Shown here piece by piece: positions 63,308-64,000 of a stretch of DNA of 64,000 nucleotides. The notes beneath the pieces are model-generated. The model ran no database searches. It was not told the origin of the DNA and worked only from the letters and a program-made list of their open reading frames with translations. The stretch lies in the NCBI GenBank assembly GCA_963514005.1, contig OY740809.1, positions 26,226,001 through 26,290,000 on the forward strand, read 5' to 3'. Numbering within the stretch: the stretch's first letter is position 1; the number at the start of each line of letters is the position of its first letter. Source of the stretch: Raja brachyura (taxonomy: Eukaryota). The position numbers were made by a program, and so were the translations under genes.

Positions 63308-64000
63308 GTAAGTGTCGTACTTTGAAATAGTGAATGAGCAAATTTAGTACAAGCGGAAGATTCAGATTGTGGAGCATCTCTAGCGAAACATAGCCAACAC
63401 TTCAGATTTATAATCTTTACCTAGTTCTGATGGTAGGTCACAGATCATACACATTAAGTCTATTTGACTCTCCAAAGGTGCTGCCTGCCTGGTGTATTTC
63501 AAGGATTTTTGCCTTATTAATGATTAGGAACAAAACTTTGTGGATGCTAAGAATCCAAAAATTAAGAATTGAAAATGCTATGGATCATTTGTAATCATGA
63601 ATAGTCTTTAGTACTTGCTGTAGAAATGCTATTTTCTTTATTGTGGATATTGTCAAAATTAGTTGTATATGATCTTTCCTTCAACTTGTGTTGCATAAAT
63701 TGAATTAGGCACTGCTTTCTCAACTTCAAAGTGATACAGTTGATCCTCAGTTGATTTTGTGAAGTCTGAAAAGATCCTGACCTTTATGGTTTCTCAACTG
63801 AATTGCTGATTTAATCAAACACTGAGGTAGCAATAGATGTACGATGTTAACAGGCATCACTAGGTAAATAAGGGAACCATTGTCCAAGGTTGCCCTGTTA
63901 AAATGTATGTACTGACTGTTGCTAGAAGGTACAAGGTTGAGATTAGTCACTGATGTGACGTGTCATGTATTCTGACTCTTTCATTTGTGTTTGGAGACTA

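Overview
Vertebrate genomic DNA; the repeat content suggests a cartilaginous fish, probably a skate or ray. Three spliced protein-coding genes were reconstructed by hand from splice sites and reading frame. (1) pabpc4, minus strand: coding exons 1-12 at 28190-114, continuing past the window start. It has a TATA/TOP-like promoter, an A-rich 5'UTR, one GC-AG intron and a candidate poison exon. (2) A complete 13-exon pdia6-like gene, minus strand, 54822-35299, with two WCGHC motifs, a C-terminal KDEL and a perfect ERSE in its promoter. (3) Exons 1-2 of ak2, plus strand, from 61677. Introns and intergenic DNA are dense with CR1, Rex1, L1/Tx1, Vingi, RTE, DIRS-like and Penelope-derived elements, tRNA-SINEs and non-autonomous DNA transposons. 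There is a 282-nt assembly gap. The most interesting non-genic signals are three. First, a ~120-bp Vingi-tailed retroposon whose 5' end folds as a minimal HDV/CPEB3-like ribozyme. Second, many Penelope-derived short elements carrying minimal hammerhead ribozyme cores, including a perfect head-to-head palindrome with a TSD. Third, a TAG...CTA DNA transposon present twice just upstream of promoters, one copy flanked by an exact 53-bp direct repeat. Repeat family names come from motif recognition, not database searches.
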